Source of the DNA: Gammaproteobacteria bacterium
Lineage (GTDB): Bacteria > Pseudomonadota > Gammaproteobacteria > Eutrophobiales > Eutrophobiaceae
Reading direction: 5' to 3'
Length of the DNA: 64,000 nt
Assembly: GCA_965215365.1 (NCBI GenBank)
Contig: CBDCDS010000003.1
Location: 160,001 to 224,000, forward strand
The position numbers and the translations under genes are program-made. The notes under the pieces are model-generated. The model worked only from the letters and a program-made list of their open reading frames with translations. It did not search any database and was not told where the DNA came from. Each line of letters begins with the position of its first letter. Positions within the stretch are counted from its first letter, which is position 1. Below are positions 1-10,161 of the stretch, in pieces.

Positions 1-711
1 CTGGCCTACATCAAGGTCAACGACCTGCAGCAAGGCGGCGCCGGGTTGCAGTCGCCGATCCTGAAATTCCTGCCCGCAGCCACGGTGCAGGCGCTGCTGC
101 AACGCGTACAGGCAGAAAGTGGCGACCTGGTATTTTTCGGCGCCGACAAGGCGCGCATCGTCAATGACTCGCTGGCGGCATTGCGGGTGCGGCTGGGCGA
201 GGACCTGGGCCTGCTGCAAGGCGACTGGGCGCCGCTATGGGTGGTGGATTTTCCGCTGTTCGAGTACAACGAACCGGAGCGGCGCTGGGATTCACTGCAT
301 CACCCGTTTACCGCGCCCCAGCAAACGCCGGGGGACACCGATCTGCATGACAGTCTGGCGCGCGCCTATGACCTGGTGCTGAACGGCATGGAACTGGGTG
401 GCGGCTCCATGCGTATCCATGATCCGGCCCTGCAGCTGCAAGCGCTGGAGCTACTGGGCATCGACGAGCAACAGGCCCGGGACAAGTTCGGGTTCCTGCT
501 CGACGCTCTGTCCTACGGCTGCCCGCCACACGGTGGCATCGCCCTGGGGCTGGACCGCATCGTCATGATTATGGCCGGCGCGCGCGGCATCCGCGACGTG
601 ATTGCCTTTCCCAAGACCCAGACCGCCGGTTGTCTGCTTACCGCCGCCCCCGCGCCCGCCTCGTCCGCACAGCTGCGCGAGCTGGGCCTGCGGCCAGTCG
701 GCGCATCGTGA
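1..711 (+). CDS. aspS: Aspartate--tRNA ligase, C-terminal part (5' end outside window)
   Basis: Frame open from base 1 (LAYIKVND...); motifs [57 protein letters not shown]. Confidence 0.97.
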   Translation: MAYIKVNDLQQGGAGLQSPILKFLPAATVQALLQRVQAESGDLVFFGADKARIVNDSLAALRVRLGEDLGLLQGDWAPLWVVDFPLFEYNEPERRWDSLHHPFTAPQQTPGDTDLHDSLARAYDLVLNGMELGGGSMRIHDPALQLQALELLGIDEQQARDKFGFLLDALSYGCPPHGGIALGLDRIVMIMAGARGIRDVIAFPKTQTAGCLLTAAPAPASSAQLRELGLRPVGAS

Positions 712-742
712 AGCGCCGAACGGGGGTTGGGAATACGCAAGC

Positions 743-3700
743 ATGTTGAGATCATCTTTGCTCTTGTGCCTGCCGGTTGTCATTGTTGCTGTTTTGTCTG
801 GCGCACCGGCAATGGCCGAGACCAGTAATGAACAACAGGAGGCGACAGCTGATGAAGCGTCGGCGCCGGCTGATGACGCTGGCGCGCACCAGGACTCTGA
901 GCAAGCCGCAACGACAGCGACCGCCGCTGATGCGCACACAGCCGCCAAGGCGGCGCGACCATCCGTGCCGGTGCATCACGAAGAAATCATCGTTACCGGC
1001 TCGCGCATCCGCCGCGACACATTTTCCACGGCGCTGCCGCTGACGGTCATCACCCGGGAAGGCGCGGCGTTGGCGGGGTTGTCCGATACCGCCGAGATGC
1101 TGCAATCCAGCGCCCTGGCTTCCGGCGCGCAAATCGACAACTCGTTCGGCGGTCTGGTGGTGTCCGGCGGTCCCGGCGTGAACAGCTTCGGGTTGCGCAG
1201 TCTCGACCCGGGCCGCACCTTGATCCTGGTCAACGGCCGACGCTTTACCCCGGCCGGCACGCGCGGTCAGGTCAACAACATTGACCTCAACTCCATCCCG
1301 GATGTAGCCATCGATCGCATTGAAATCCTCAAGGACGGCGCCTCCTCGATCTACGGCGCCGATGCCATTGCCGGGGTGGTGAACATCATCACTCGCAAGC
1401 GTTTCGATGAGTTCGTGGTCGAAGGCTACTATCAGGACGAGCTGGATTACGGCAGCGTGAGCGGACTGTTCGGCAAGACCTGGGACCGGGGTTTCATCGA
1501 CGCCGCGCTGGAGTTTTCCAGCTTGGGGCCGGTGGGACGGGACCAACAGGACTACAGCTACTGTGATGAACGGCCGTTGACTGACGGCGGCGTACACCCT
1601 TCGGTGTATGCACCCACTCGCAACGCCCGTTGTTTCGGCGAGCTCAATGGCTTCGTGGATGTGCACGGCGTGGGCGCGCCCTTCTCCCTGGTACGCGACC
1701 CCAATGCCAACCTAGGCGGCACCGGCCTACCCTGGCGCAGGTTGGGCGAGTTGGATGGCGCCCGGGTTGCCGAGGAAGGCTACCGCTATGACCTGAACTG
1801 GGCCGCAGAGCAGATGATACCCAGGCGCCGGCGTATCCAGGCGTACAGCGACGGCCTCATGGACTTCGACCTGGGCAAGTTGTTGGGGACGGTGAGCGCC
1901 AGCTATGAATTCTATTTCACCCACCGCGACGAAACCCTCAATAACGGGCACCGCCAGTTCTTCCCCTTTGTCCATCCCGACAACCCCACTAATCCGTTCG
2001 GGCCGTTCGGCGGCACCGCCCAGCCGGTGGTAATGAGCCACAACATGTTGAATCCGGTCCGGGAAGTGCGCAATGACGTTGCTGCGCTGCGGCTGGCGCT
2101 GGAAGGCGACTCAGGTGAGCTGTCCTGGGTGGTTGACGGTAGCTATTCCTGGAGCCGTGGCGAGTGGCGCTACGATACCTGGCTCAAGGACAAGGTGGCG
2201 CGCGCTCTGTCTGCCGCAATCGGGCCGGACGGGGACCTGGAATGCGTGCTGGACCCGCAGCAGTTGTTGTGGGCTGCCGGTTTTGAACAATTCACGGTGG
2301 ACCGGGTCCTGGCCGAGGGGCCTGATCCCGATTGTGTGCCGTTGGATCTGATCCGAGAGGAGGCGCTGCGCGACGGCAATGTCTCTCCCGCGGCGGCGGC
2401 TTACCTCAGCGAAGAAGTGGCAGTGAAGACCGGCTACGACCTCTGGACCGCAGGGGTTGCGTTGGAAGGGCGGCTGTTTGACCTGCCGGCCGGTGAGGCG
2501 CGCGCAGTGCTGGGGATGGACTGGCGCAGCCGCAGCCTCAACGACCGCCCGCCCGCCGCGTCGATAGAAGACAACCAGTGGGGTTTCACCGCCGCCGGCA
2601 TCACCCGCGGCGGCGACCGCATTATCGAGGGCTATACGGAAGTGGAAGCGCCGTTGCTCTCCGGCTTCAAGCTGGGCCGGTTCAGTCTGGCTGAGGAGCT
2701 TACGGTAAATGGCTCGTTTCGCTATACCCATTACAGTTCCTATGGCAGCGATACCACCTGGCGCCTGTTACTCAATTACGCGCCGAACCCGGTGCTGCGC
2801 CTGCGCACTGCGTTGGGCACCTCGTTTCGGGCGCCGGCGCTATACCACTTGAATCTGGCCCGGCAGACGGATTTCGTCACCTCCGACGCCGACCCCTGTG
2901 ACCGCTTCCGTGACCCGGAGCAAGACCTGGACCCGGGCAGCAATATCTACCAGAACTGCGCCATGCTCGAAGAGCAGGGCCTGATTCCGCCGGGCTACAC
3001 CTCCAACTCCAGCATCCGGGTAGTGCGCGGCGGGAATGCCGACCTGCAGGCAGAGACCTCGGATTCCTGGACTTTGGGATTCGTATTGACGCCGGACCTG
3101 GCCGGACGCTTCCCGGCGCTGGGCCTGAACCTCAGTCTGGCCCTTGACTACTACGATATCAAGCTGGAAAATTCCATCTCCAGGCTCAGTGCCGGTTCGA
3201 TCCTGTCGCGCTGTTACAATTCGCAGAATTTCAGCGCTGAAGAGTGCCTGCTGGTGGGCGCCCGTAACCGTAATGGCGAGCTGATTGGGGTCAATTCCTC
3301 GTTTATCAACATCGCAGTGGAGCGCTCGCGCGGCTATGACATCACCGTGCGCGCCGATCGCGAATTCCCCTTCGGCGACCTGAGTGTGGATATCCTGGCC
3401 GCGCGCCTGCTGGCCTACCAGTATGGCTTGGGCGATGACAAACCCACCAATTACGCCGGGCGCCATGCTTATGCCAGCTGGCGCGGGGAGCTGGACGCAG
3501 TGTTCAGGTGGCGTGATTTTGCCTTTATCTGGACCACCGACTACGTCGGTGCCACGGACGAGGAGCCGGTGTATGCGTTACCCGATGATGATAGCGTTAC
3601 CAACCTGTTCAAGGCCGGCGACCGGTTCTACCATAACCTGTCGGTGCGTTATCGCGATCCAAACCGGCGCTTCCAGTTTATTGTGGGCGTGCGCAACGTG

Positions 3701-3850
3701 TTCGACGTGACTCCGCCGGTGGTGGGATGGAGCGGTTTCAGCCCGTCCACCGGCACGAATGTAGCCTACAACATCCCGCTGGGCGCCGGTTACAGCTTGT
3801 TCGATCGCCGGTTTTTCGCGTCGTTCAGTTATGATCTGTCTTCATTATGA
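743..3850 (+). CDS. TonB-dependent receptor
   Basis: ATG at 743 gives a signal peptide (MLRSSLLLCLPVVIVAVLSGAPAMA); TonB box EEIIVTGSRI; plug motifs RTLILVNGRR and IEILKDGASSIYGADAIAGVVNIIT; beta-barrel C-terminus. Confidence 0.93.
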   Translation: MLRSSLLLCLPVVIVAVLSGAPAMAETSNEQQEATADEASAPADDAGAHQDSEQAATTATAADAHTAAKAARPSVPVHHEEIIVTGSRIRRDTFSTALPLTVITREGAALAGLSDTAEMLQSSALASGAQIDNSFGGLVVSGGPGVNSFGLRSLDPGRTLILVNGRRFTPAGTRGQVNNIDLNSIPDVAIDRIEILKDGASSIYGADAIAGVVNIITRKRFDEFVVEGYYQDELDYGSVSGLFGKTWDRGFIDAALEFSSLGPVGRDQQDYSYCDERPLTDGGVHPSVYAPTRNARCFGELNGFVDVHGVGAPFSLVRDPNANLGGTGLPWRRLGELDGARVAEEGYRYDLNWAAEQMIPRRRRIQAYSDGLMDFDLGKLLGTVSASYEFYFTHRDETLNNGHRQFFPFVHPDNPTNPFGPFGGTAQPVVMSHNMLNPVREVRNDVAALRLALEGDSGELSWVVDGSYSWSRGEWRYDTWLKDKVARALSAAIGPDGDLECVLDPQQLLWAAGFEQFTVDRVLAEGPDPDCVPLDLIREEALRDGNVSPAAAAYLSEEVAVKTGYDLWTAGVALEGRLFDLPAGEARAVLGMDWRSRSLNDRPPAASIEDNQWGFTAAGITRGGDRIIEGYTEVEAPLLSGFKLGRFSLAEELTVNGSFRYTHYSSYGSDTTWRLLLNYAPNPVLRLRTALGTSFRAPALYHLNLARQTDFVTSDADPCDRFRDPEQDLDPGSNIYQNCAMLEEQGLIPPGYTSNSSIRVVRGGNADLQAETSDSWTLGFVLTPDLAGRFPALGLNLSLALDYYDIKLENSISRLSAGSILSRCYNSQNFSAEECLLVGARNRNGELIGVNSSFINIAVERSRGYDITVRADREFPFGDLSVDILAARLLAYQYGLGDDKPTNYAGRHAYASWRGELDAVFRWRDFAFIWTTDYVGATDEEPVYALPDDDSVTNLFKAGDRFYHNLSVRYRDPNRRFQFIVGVRNVFDVTPPVVGWSGFSPSTGTNVAYNIPLGAGYSLFDRRFFASFSYDLSSL

Positions 3851-5889
3851 CAGTAGTTCCCGCTATCCTTGCCGCCGCCATTTTTTCGACCCTGTCACTG
3901 CAAGCGGGCGCCGACGCCGCGCCGGAGCCCCCCTCCCTGGAAGAATTTGCCATGCGCCCGCTGCTGCGCGATGTGGATCTGTCCCCGTCCGGCGAGCATC
4001 TGGCGGTCATGCGCTTGCCTGGCCGCGGGCAAAACTACGTGGTGGACGTGTATGAGACCGCGCGGCTGGAACGCGACCCCCATACCCTGGGCTCTGAGCA
4101 CATGGACATCGTTGGGGTCAACTGGGCCAACAATGAACGCCTGCTGATCCGCACGCGCCAGCCGGTGGAAGTACCGGGGCGCCGCGTCGGCTACAACTCC
4201 GCCGGCATCGGCGGCCCCGGCAAGGTCAAGACCTTCGCCTGGAAGTTACTGTCCGTGGGTCTGGACGGCGGGCGCTGGGTGGAGTTGCCGAGCAAGTCCA
4301 ACATCGCCCGCTTTGCCTTTGAGACCTACGTGCAGCGCCTGTTCAGCCCGCGGGTGGTGAGCCGCCTGCCGGCGGAGGATGACCAGGTGTTGATAGAGTG
4401 GTTCAACGCCGAAGAGAACGGCGCCGAGGTGTTCAAGGTGAACGTCAACAACGGCCAGCCGCAACCGGTGTTCAAGTATTCGGCGGATTACGGCGGCTAC
4501 GAGTTCGACCAAGACGGCAACGCCCGCGTGCGCGGCCGCATCAACCGCAACGACAACACCATCACTCTGCAATTCCGCACCGGCAGCGACGGCGCCTGGA
4601 GTGCCTGGAGCGACTGGCTCACCTGGGATGTGGACGAAGACCGCTATGTGGACTTCCTGGGATTTGAACCCCCGGATTATAACCGGGCTTATGTGCGCTG
4701 GGCCCGAGGCCGCGACACGGAAGGCATCTACCTGTTTGATATGGAACACCCCGAGGCCGAACCGGAGTTGCTGTTCGCCACCAACCGCTACGATGCCAGC
4801 GACATTGTGCGCGCCTGCATCTCGCCGGCCTGTGTGGACGGGGCTGAGCCGCCGCAACTGGTGGGTTTTTACTATGTGGGCGACGCCCCCACTATTCACT
4901 ACATTGACCCGGCTGCCGCGGCGCTGCAGCAATCCATCGACGCCGCGCTGCCACCCGGCAACTTCAACAAAATCCACGACCGGGCAGCGCAGGACAAGTA
5001 CATCATCGTGCACGCCATGGGGCCGCGCGAACCGGGGCGTTACTACCTGTTGGAAGACAAGTCCCGTATTCGCCTGCTTGGCCGCGCCGCAACGCTGGAG
5101 CCTGAACAGCTGGGCGAGCGCAAGGTGATCGGGTACGAAGCCCGCGACGGCATGAAGCTGAACGCGGTGCTGACGCTGCCCCCCCGCGGTGAACCGCCCT
5201 ATCCGGCCATCGCTCATCCGCACGGTGGCCCGCGCAGCCGCGATGCGCTGCACTGGAACTCGTCGTTCTGGGACGAGTGGCCACAGGTGCTGGCTACGCG
5301 CGGCTACGCCGTGCTGCAACCCAACTTTCGCGGCTCCACCGGCTTCGGCTTTGAGTATTACACCGCCGGCAACAAGCAGTGGGGTTACAAGATGCAGGAC
5401 GATGTCGATGACGGCATGAACTACCTGGTCGAGCAAGGCCTGGCCGACCCGCAACGCCTGGCTATCTTCGGCTGGAGTTACGGCGGTTACTCGGCCATGG
5501 TGGGCGCCATGCGCGAGCCCAACATCTACCGCTGCGCCATCGCCGGCGCCGGCGTCAGCAGCATGGAACTGATTGCCAAGGAAGAATGGAGTTACCGCTT
5601 TCGCGATGTCATCCAGAAATGGCGCGGCGGCCTCTCACCGATACAGCATATAGACGCCGTAAACATCCCCGTGCTGCTGGTACACGGCGACCGCGACCTG
5701 ATCGTGCCCATCAAACACAGTGACCTGTTCGCGCTGGAACTGGACCAGCGCAACAAACCCTACAAATACCTCAAACTGGTGGACGCCGCCCACCGGGTGG
5801 ACACCCTGAACTACCAACATAACCTGGATTTCTACCGCACCCTGCTGGGCTTCCTGGCCGAAGACTGCGGTATCGCCCCTGCCTTGTAA
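3847..5889 (+). CDS. S9 family prolyl oligopeptidase / dipeptidyl aminopeptidase, secreted
   Basis: Signal peptide; HGGP, NFRGSTGFG, nucleophile GWSYGG, HGDRDLIVP and a C-terminal His; ATGA overlap with the receptor stop. Confidence 0.92.
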   Translation: MTVVPAILAAAIFSTLSLQAGADAAPEPPSLEEFAMRPLLRDVDLSPSGEHLAVMRLPGRGQNYVVDVYETARLERDPHTLGSEHMDIVGVNWANNERLLIRTRQPVEVPGRRVGYNSAGIGGPGKVKTFAWKLLSVGLDGGRWVELPSKSNIARFAFETYVQRLFSPRVVSRLPAEDDQVLIEWFNAEENGAEVFKVNVNNGQPQPVFKYSADYGGYEFDQDGNARVRGRINRNDNTITLQFRTGSDGAWSAWSDWLTWDVDEDRYVDFLGFEPPDYNRAYVRWARGRDTEGIYLFDMEHPEAEPELLFATNRYDASDIVRACISPACVDGAEPPQLVGFYYVGDAPTIHYIDPAAAALQQSIDAALPPGNFNKIHDRAAQDKYIIVHAMGPREPGRYYLLEDKSRIRLLGRAATLEPEQLGERKVIGYEARDGMKLNAVLTLPPRGEPPYPAIAHPHGGPRSRDALHWNSSFWDEWPQVLATRGYAVLQPNFRGSTGFGFEYYTAGNKQWGYKMQDDVDDGMNYLVEQGLADPQRLAIFGWSYGGYSAMVGAMREPNIYRCAIAGAGVSSMELIAKEEWSYRFRDVIQKWRGGLSPIQHIDAVNIPVLLVHGDRDLIVPIKHSDLFALELDQRNKPYKYLKLVDAAHRVDTLNYQHNLDFYRTLLGFLAEDCGIAPAL

Positions 5890-5965
5890 CGACGGCAGGG
5901 TCAAGGTAACGGCGCGGCAGCAAGGGCCGCCAGTGACGTTGTTTACTTTGTCGATAGCGATGCTA

Positions 5966-7696
5966 TCAGCGGATTAGCAACCGTGTGTCACCAATCTGTA
6001 TGTTTTTCCATTCCGGTTCGACCACCCGGATATCGTCATTCTCCAGCGCCGCGATAAAGTTGTCCATATCGCCCTGGTCATCGGCATAAATATGACCGGT
6101 GACCTCCCATTGCCCGGCAGTTTCCTGGTAAACAGTGCCCGATATGTATCCATACTTAACTGTCACCAGCACAAAATTAACCACATTTTGCTTGAGCGGC
6201 AGCCGTAAAAGGTGGCAGCTGTTTGCCATACAGTGTTGCAGCTCGCTACGCAGCGCCGCAGACAACTTTTCGGGTGCCTGTAAGCCCTCCGGTATGAGTG
6301 AAATATAGTCCTGTACGGGCAGGTTTTGCAGCCATGTTTCAGCATTGCTCTGTGCAATCGCCGCGGCCAGCTCATCCGAGTGGGCAAGGGCCTCAACGCG
6401 CGCATCCTTGACCAATTCCGCCAGCGCCGTATTTCCAGGTTTACCCAGGCCACGCATCAGGTAGTCCAAATCAAACCTGTTGACTGAGGTTGTGCCGCTG
6501 AGCAGACGCTCAACCTGATTGTTGGCAACTATCTTTTGAATGAATAAAAACGGCGTATTGCTCAGCACCAGCACTGCGATGACCACGCCCAACATGCTGG
6601 TATTGATCCGGCCAAGATAGTTTGTCCAGCGTTCCCGCCGCAGCGCGATAGCAAGCGCATAACAAACTGCATAACCGCCTGCAATCAGGCCGGCGATAAC
6701 GCCCCAGACGCGCGCCGGTGTCAAACCGTACTGATCAATACGCAGCCACAGCGAATACCCGGCTAACAGCAGAAAAACCGGCAGCGCCAGCAGGGCCGTG
6801 CGAATCAGCAGTCGCCACGCCACTGTCTGGCTCTGGTCGCTGCCATATTGAACCGAAGCATTGGTAAAAAACAGCAGAAATGCAGCCAACCAGAGGAGAA
6901 TAAATGCTGAGATTTTCGTGTTCCAAAGCGGTTGCAGGCCGGTAAAGGGCAATACCATCAGGAAACAGAGACTGATAAATGCCAACATGGGCAGCAACCC
7001 GCCAATGGCAATATGCAATACCCGATACAATATTGTGACCATGGCAAGCCGCTGTCTGACCACTATGGCGCCGTAGGCAATCACCGCACCGGAGACAGGA
7101 AGAATGAACCAGGGCTCGCCCAGGGTCTTCCAGAACAGGTCAATTTCAACTGTCCTGAACAGCCATGCCCCCAGTAACAGCACAATCCAAAACAGGCCCA
7201 GATAGGCGCTGGTGAGCAACACCACAAAGAAGTTATGCCAAGAATATTTGAACAGCAACGGGTAGGCCGGCACGCCGTTGCGCTGCTCAAGCAGGGCGCG
7301 CACAACAATGGTTGACAGGCACCAGCAAAGCGCCTGGGTAAAGGCAAAGGGAGTCTCAATCCCGCGCCCGCAATTTCCGGGGGGAGCATTGCCGCATTGC
7401 CCTCCGGTATAGGCTGCAACCAGCGCCAGGACCAGGCCGTAACACCCTGTCAACAGCCACAAACGTGAATCCCGCAGGTCTTGCGCGACAGCTGTCAGCA
7501 TCCAGGGCAAGCCGGTGGCCAGTGACAAAAACACAAACTGCAGGGAATGAGGAGTGGTATCAGGGAGGCGCTCAAGCAGCAGGTAGAGTATGACTCCCTG
7601 CAGCAACCCGGTGGCTACCAGCAGGCGTCTTGTTAACGGATCGATATGATCCTGCCAGTTTTCCGTATCAGCGCGTTGCATTGATCTTGCGGTCAC
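5966..7696 (-). CDS. DUF4153-like polytopic membrane protein
   Basis: About 10 hydrophobic segments; LWLRIDQYGLTPARVW and FDLDYL motifs typical of DUF4153. Confidence 0.75.
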   Translation of the reverse strand: MTARSMQRADTENWQDHIDPLTRRLLVATGLLQGVILYLLLERLPDTTPHSLQFVFLSLATGLPWMLTAVAQDLRDSRLWLLTGCYGLVLALVAAYTGGQCGNAPPGNCGRGIETPFAFTQALCWCLSTIVVRALLEQRNGVPAYPLLFKYSWHNFFVVLLTSAYLGLFWIVLLLGAWLFRTVEIDLFWKTLGEPWFILPVSGAVIAYGAIVVRQRLAMVTILYRVLHIAIGGLLPMLAFISLCFLMVLPFTGLQPLWNTKISAFILLWLAAFLLFFTNASVQYGSDQSQTVAWRLLIRTALLALPVFLLLAGYSLWLRIDQYGLTPARVWGVIAGLIAGGYAVCYALAIALRRERWTNYLGRINTSMLGVVIAVLVLSNTPFLFIQKIVANNQVERLLSGTTSVNRFDLDYLMRGLGKPGNTALAELVKDARVEALAHSDELAAAIAQSNAETWLQNLPVQDYISLIPEGLQAPEKLSAALRSELQHCMANSCHLLRLPLKQNVVNFVLVTVKYGYISGTVYQETAGQWEVTGHIYADDQGDMDNFIAALENDDIRVVEPEWKNIQIGDTRLLIR

Positions 7697-7705
7697 CTCA
7701 AAAAA

Positions 7706-8104
7706 TCAGCTTTGCTCCCACGGCAACCCGTGAAAGCGCCAGCCGTTCAGGTTGCCGCGCCGCCGTTGTTGGTCCAGGTCACCCTCAAAGCCTTCGGCAA
7801 TATTCACAGTATGCCGGTAGCCCTGCGCCTCCAGCAGTTGCGCCGCCAGCATGGAGCGCTTGCCACTGCGGCACAGCGTGAGGACGGTGGCATCCTTGCT
7901 GCCCTCGCCCAGTTGTGCGCTGACCTTGTCGGTAAAATCCGGGTCATTCTGCCATAACGGCGGCTCCTGTAACGGCACATTAACCGCGCCAACAGGATGG
8001 CCGATTAAATTAAACTCAAGCCCGCAGCGCACATCCAACAATATCGCATCCGAGTTTTCCCGCAGCATGTCCCAGGCTTGATCCGGGGTGACTTCTGTGA
8101 CCAT
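7706..8104 (-). CDS. Rhodanese-like sulfurtransferase
   Basis: LLDVR, GHPVGAVNVP, active loop CRSGKRS, GFEGDLD...GWRFHGLPW; SD AAGGAG upstream. Confidence 0.92.
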   Translation of the reverse strand: MVTEVTPDQAWDMLRENSDAILLDVRCGLEFNLIGHPVGAVNVPLQEPPLWQNDPDFTDKVSAQLGEGSKDATVLTLCRSGKRSMLAAQLLEAQGYRHTVNIAEGFEGDLDQQRRRGNLNGWRFHGLPWEQS

Positions 8105-8275
8105 GTGTTTGTTCTCCTTGGTTAGGTTTCAGGATTGATGGTGTCATGTTACCACAGCGTTGAAACAGGATGAGTAGTCACAGTGATGATCAACATCTGT
8201 TGTCGCTGAGCAAAATTCCCCTGACATGTTCGCTCATTTTGTACATAGTTTCTGAGGGCGGCGGGTTAGAGGCGC

Positions 8276-9481
8276 CTAAATGATACTATTCTGACCCAAC
8301 TGCTCAATTTCTGCGTCGTCGTAGCCCAGCAATCCCCGGTAAATTTCATCGTTATGCTGCCCCAGTGCCGCGCCGGGCCATTTTATCCTGCCCGGGGTGG
8401 CCGACAGCCTAGGGAAGACGTTCTGCATCTTCAATTTGTCATATTTTGGGTGCGCCACATCGACGATAGTGTCCCGGGCGATGAAGTGCTCATCTGCCAG
8501 CATCTCTGGCGCGCGGTAGATGCGTCCCGCCGGCACCCCGTGTTGTTCCAGCAAGGCCAGCAACGCGCCGGCCTCATGGCGTTCGCTCCAAGCGCAAATG
8601 ATTTCATCCAGCGCTGCTTGATTATTGCCGCGGGCAATGTGCGAACTGAAGCGCTGGTCTGCTGCAAGCTCCGGCTGGCCCATGGCGTCGCACAGGCGGG
8701 CGAATACGGAATCCTGGTTGGCGCCCATGATGATCATCTCCTTATCTGCGGTGGGATAGACGTTGGACGGTGCCACCTTGTCCAAGATAGCGCCGGTGCG
8801 TTCACGGATGGCGCCAAGCTGGGTATATTCCGGCACCGTTGACTCCATGACCCCCAGCACTGCCTCGAAAATTGCCGAATCCACCACCTGGCCAACGCCG
8901 CTGCGCTGACGGGATTGCAGCGCCGAGAGCGCGCCGATGGTGGCAAACATGGCCGCCAGCGAATCGCCGATGCTGAGACCTACGCGGCTGGGCGGCGTGG
9001 AGGGATCGCCGACAATATAACGCAACCCGCCCATGGCCTCGCCGATGCCACCATAGCCGGCGCGGGTGGAGTAGGGCCCGTCCTGCCCGTAGCCCGATAC
9101 CCTGACCATAATGAGCCCCGGGTTAATTGCGGCCAGCTCCGGGTAGCCCAGGCCCCATTTCTCCATGGTGCCGGGCCGGAAATTTTCCAGTAGGATGTCC
9201 GCCTTCCCGACTAGTTCCCTGAAGATGGCCTGGCCCTGCTCAACCCGGACATCCAGGGTAATACATTTTTTGTTGCGCGCAACAATCGGCCACCACAACG
9301 GCTCGCCCTTGCCCCAGTCCCGCATCGGGTCGCCGCGCCCGGGCAGTTCGATCTTGATCACCTCGGCGCCCAAATCTGCCAGTAATTGCCCGCAGAACGG
9401 CCCGGCAATGAGTTGCCCGAGTTCGATTACGCGCACGCCTTCTAGGGCGCCGGGGGCGGTATCGTGCTGATTGCTGCTCAT
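8276..9481 (-). CDS. CaiB/BaiF family (class III) CoA-transferase
   Basis: IAGPFCGQLLADLGAEVIKIE, ENFRPG, GYGQDGPY, catalytic Asp in SIGDSLA, LGQHNDE. Confidence 0.94.
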   Translation of the reverse strand: MSSNQHDTAPGALEGVRVIELGQLIAGPFCGQLLADLGAEVIKIELPGRGDPMRDWGKGEPLWWPIVARNKKCITLDVRVEQGQAIFRELVGKADILLENFRPGTMEKWGLGYPELAAINPGLIMVRVSGYGQDGPYSTRAGYGGIGEAMGGLRYIVGDPSTPPSRVGLSIGDSLAAMFATIGALSALQSRQRSGVGQVVDSAIFEAVLGVMESTVPEYTQLGAIRERTGAILDKVAPSNVYPTADKEMIIMGANQDSVFARLCDAMGQPELAADQRFSSHIARGNNQAALDEIICAWSERHEAGALLALLEQHGVPAGRIYRAPEMLADEHFIARDTIVDVAHPKYDKLKMQNVFPRLSATPGRIKWPGAALGQHNDEIYRGLLGYDDAEIEQLGQNSII

Positions 9482-9689
9482 AGCGTTTTGTTAAGCTCAC
9501 TTGGAAAAATCGGGAAGGTCAGGCAGCATACTACAAGGTACTGTCTGAATTGTCATGCGGAACAGCGGAATTGCTGGGACTGTCAGAGTGGGAATGGAAA
9601 TTTGTTCCGCAATAATACACGAGATATTGTAAAATACCCCATTGTAAACTGTGCTACCAATCACTGTTCACTAAACAGATCGCTATTTT

Positions 9690-10134
9690 CAACTTTTCAC
9701 GCCTCGAAACGTTGTCAGACTGCTCATTGAAATGGTTGACCCCGGCACAGAGGACAAGGTGATTGATCCCGCTTGTGGCAGCGGAGGCTTTCTTGTTGAA
9801 GCAATCAGGAACGTCTGGAAACGTATTGAAGACCGAGGTAAGTTATATGATTGGCTCATGACAGAGGTTTTGAAAGAACAACAGGGGGCTGCAAAGAATA
9901 ACTTTCGGGGTATCGATAAGGACAATTTTCTGAGTAAAGTTGCCAAGGCGTACATGGCAATCATAGGCGATGGTCGCGGAGGTATTTTTTGCGAAAACAG
10001 TCTTGATACGCCGGCGCACTGGAAAAATCTCACGCAAGAACATATTCCTCTTGATTATTTCGATGTGGTAGTGACCAATCCGCCTTTCGGAAAAAAAGCT
10101 GAAAATAGATGATGGTTCCATATTGGACTCCTAG
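9690..10134 (+). pseudogene. Fragment of an N6-adenine DNA methyltransferase (HsdM / N6_Mtase-like)
   Basis: In-frame QLFTPRNVVRLLIEMVDP upstream of the 9732 ATG, DPACGSGGFL (motif I), VTNPPFG (motif IV); frame breaks at an A7 run (continues LKIDDGSILDS* in the next frame); both termini missing; AT-richer than flanks. Confidence 0.85.
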
Positions 10135-10161
10135 ACCAGATAAAATGCCACGCCATGTAAC

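Noticed and set aside
602-742. Extended N-terminus of the first TBDR ORF
   Set aside because: Overlaps aspS; ATG 743 gives a proper signal peptide.
4246-5454. Long antisense ORFs (also 12665-13783, 35488-36444, 37772-38740, 55773-56660)
   Set aside because: Shadow frames of well-supported genes in GC-rich DNA; no motifs.
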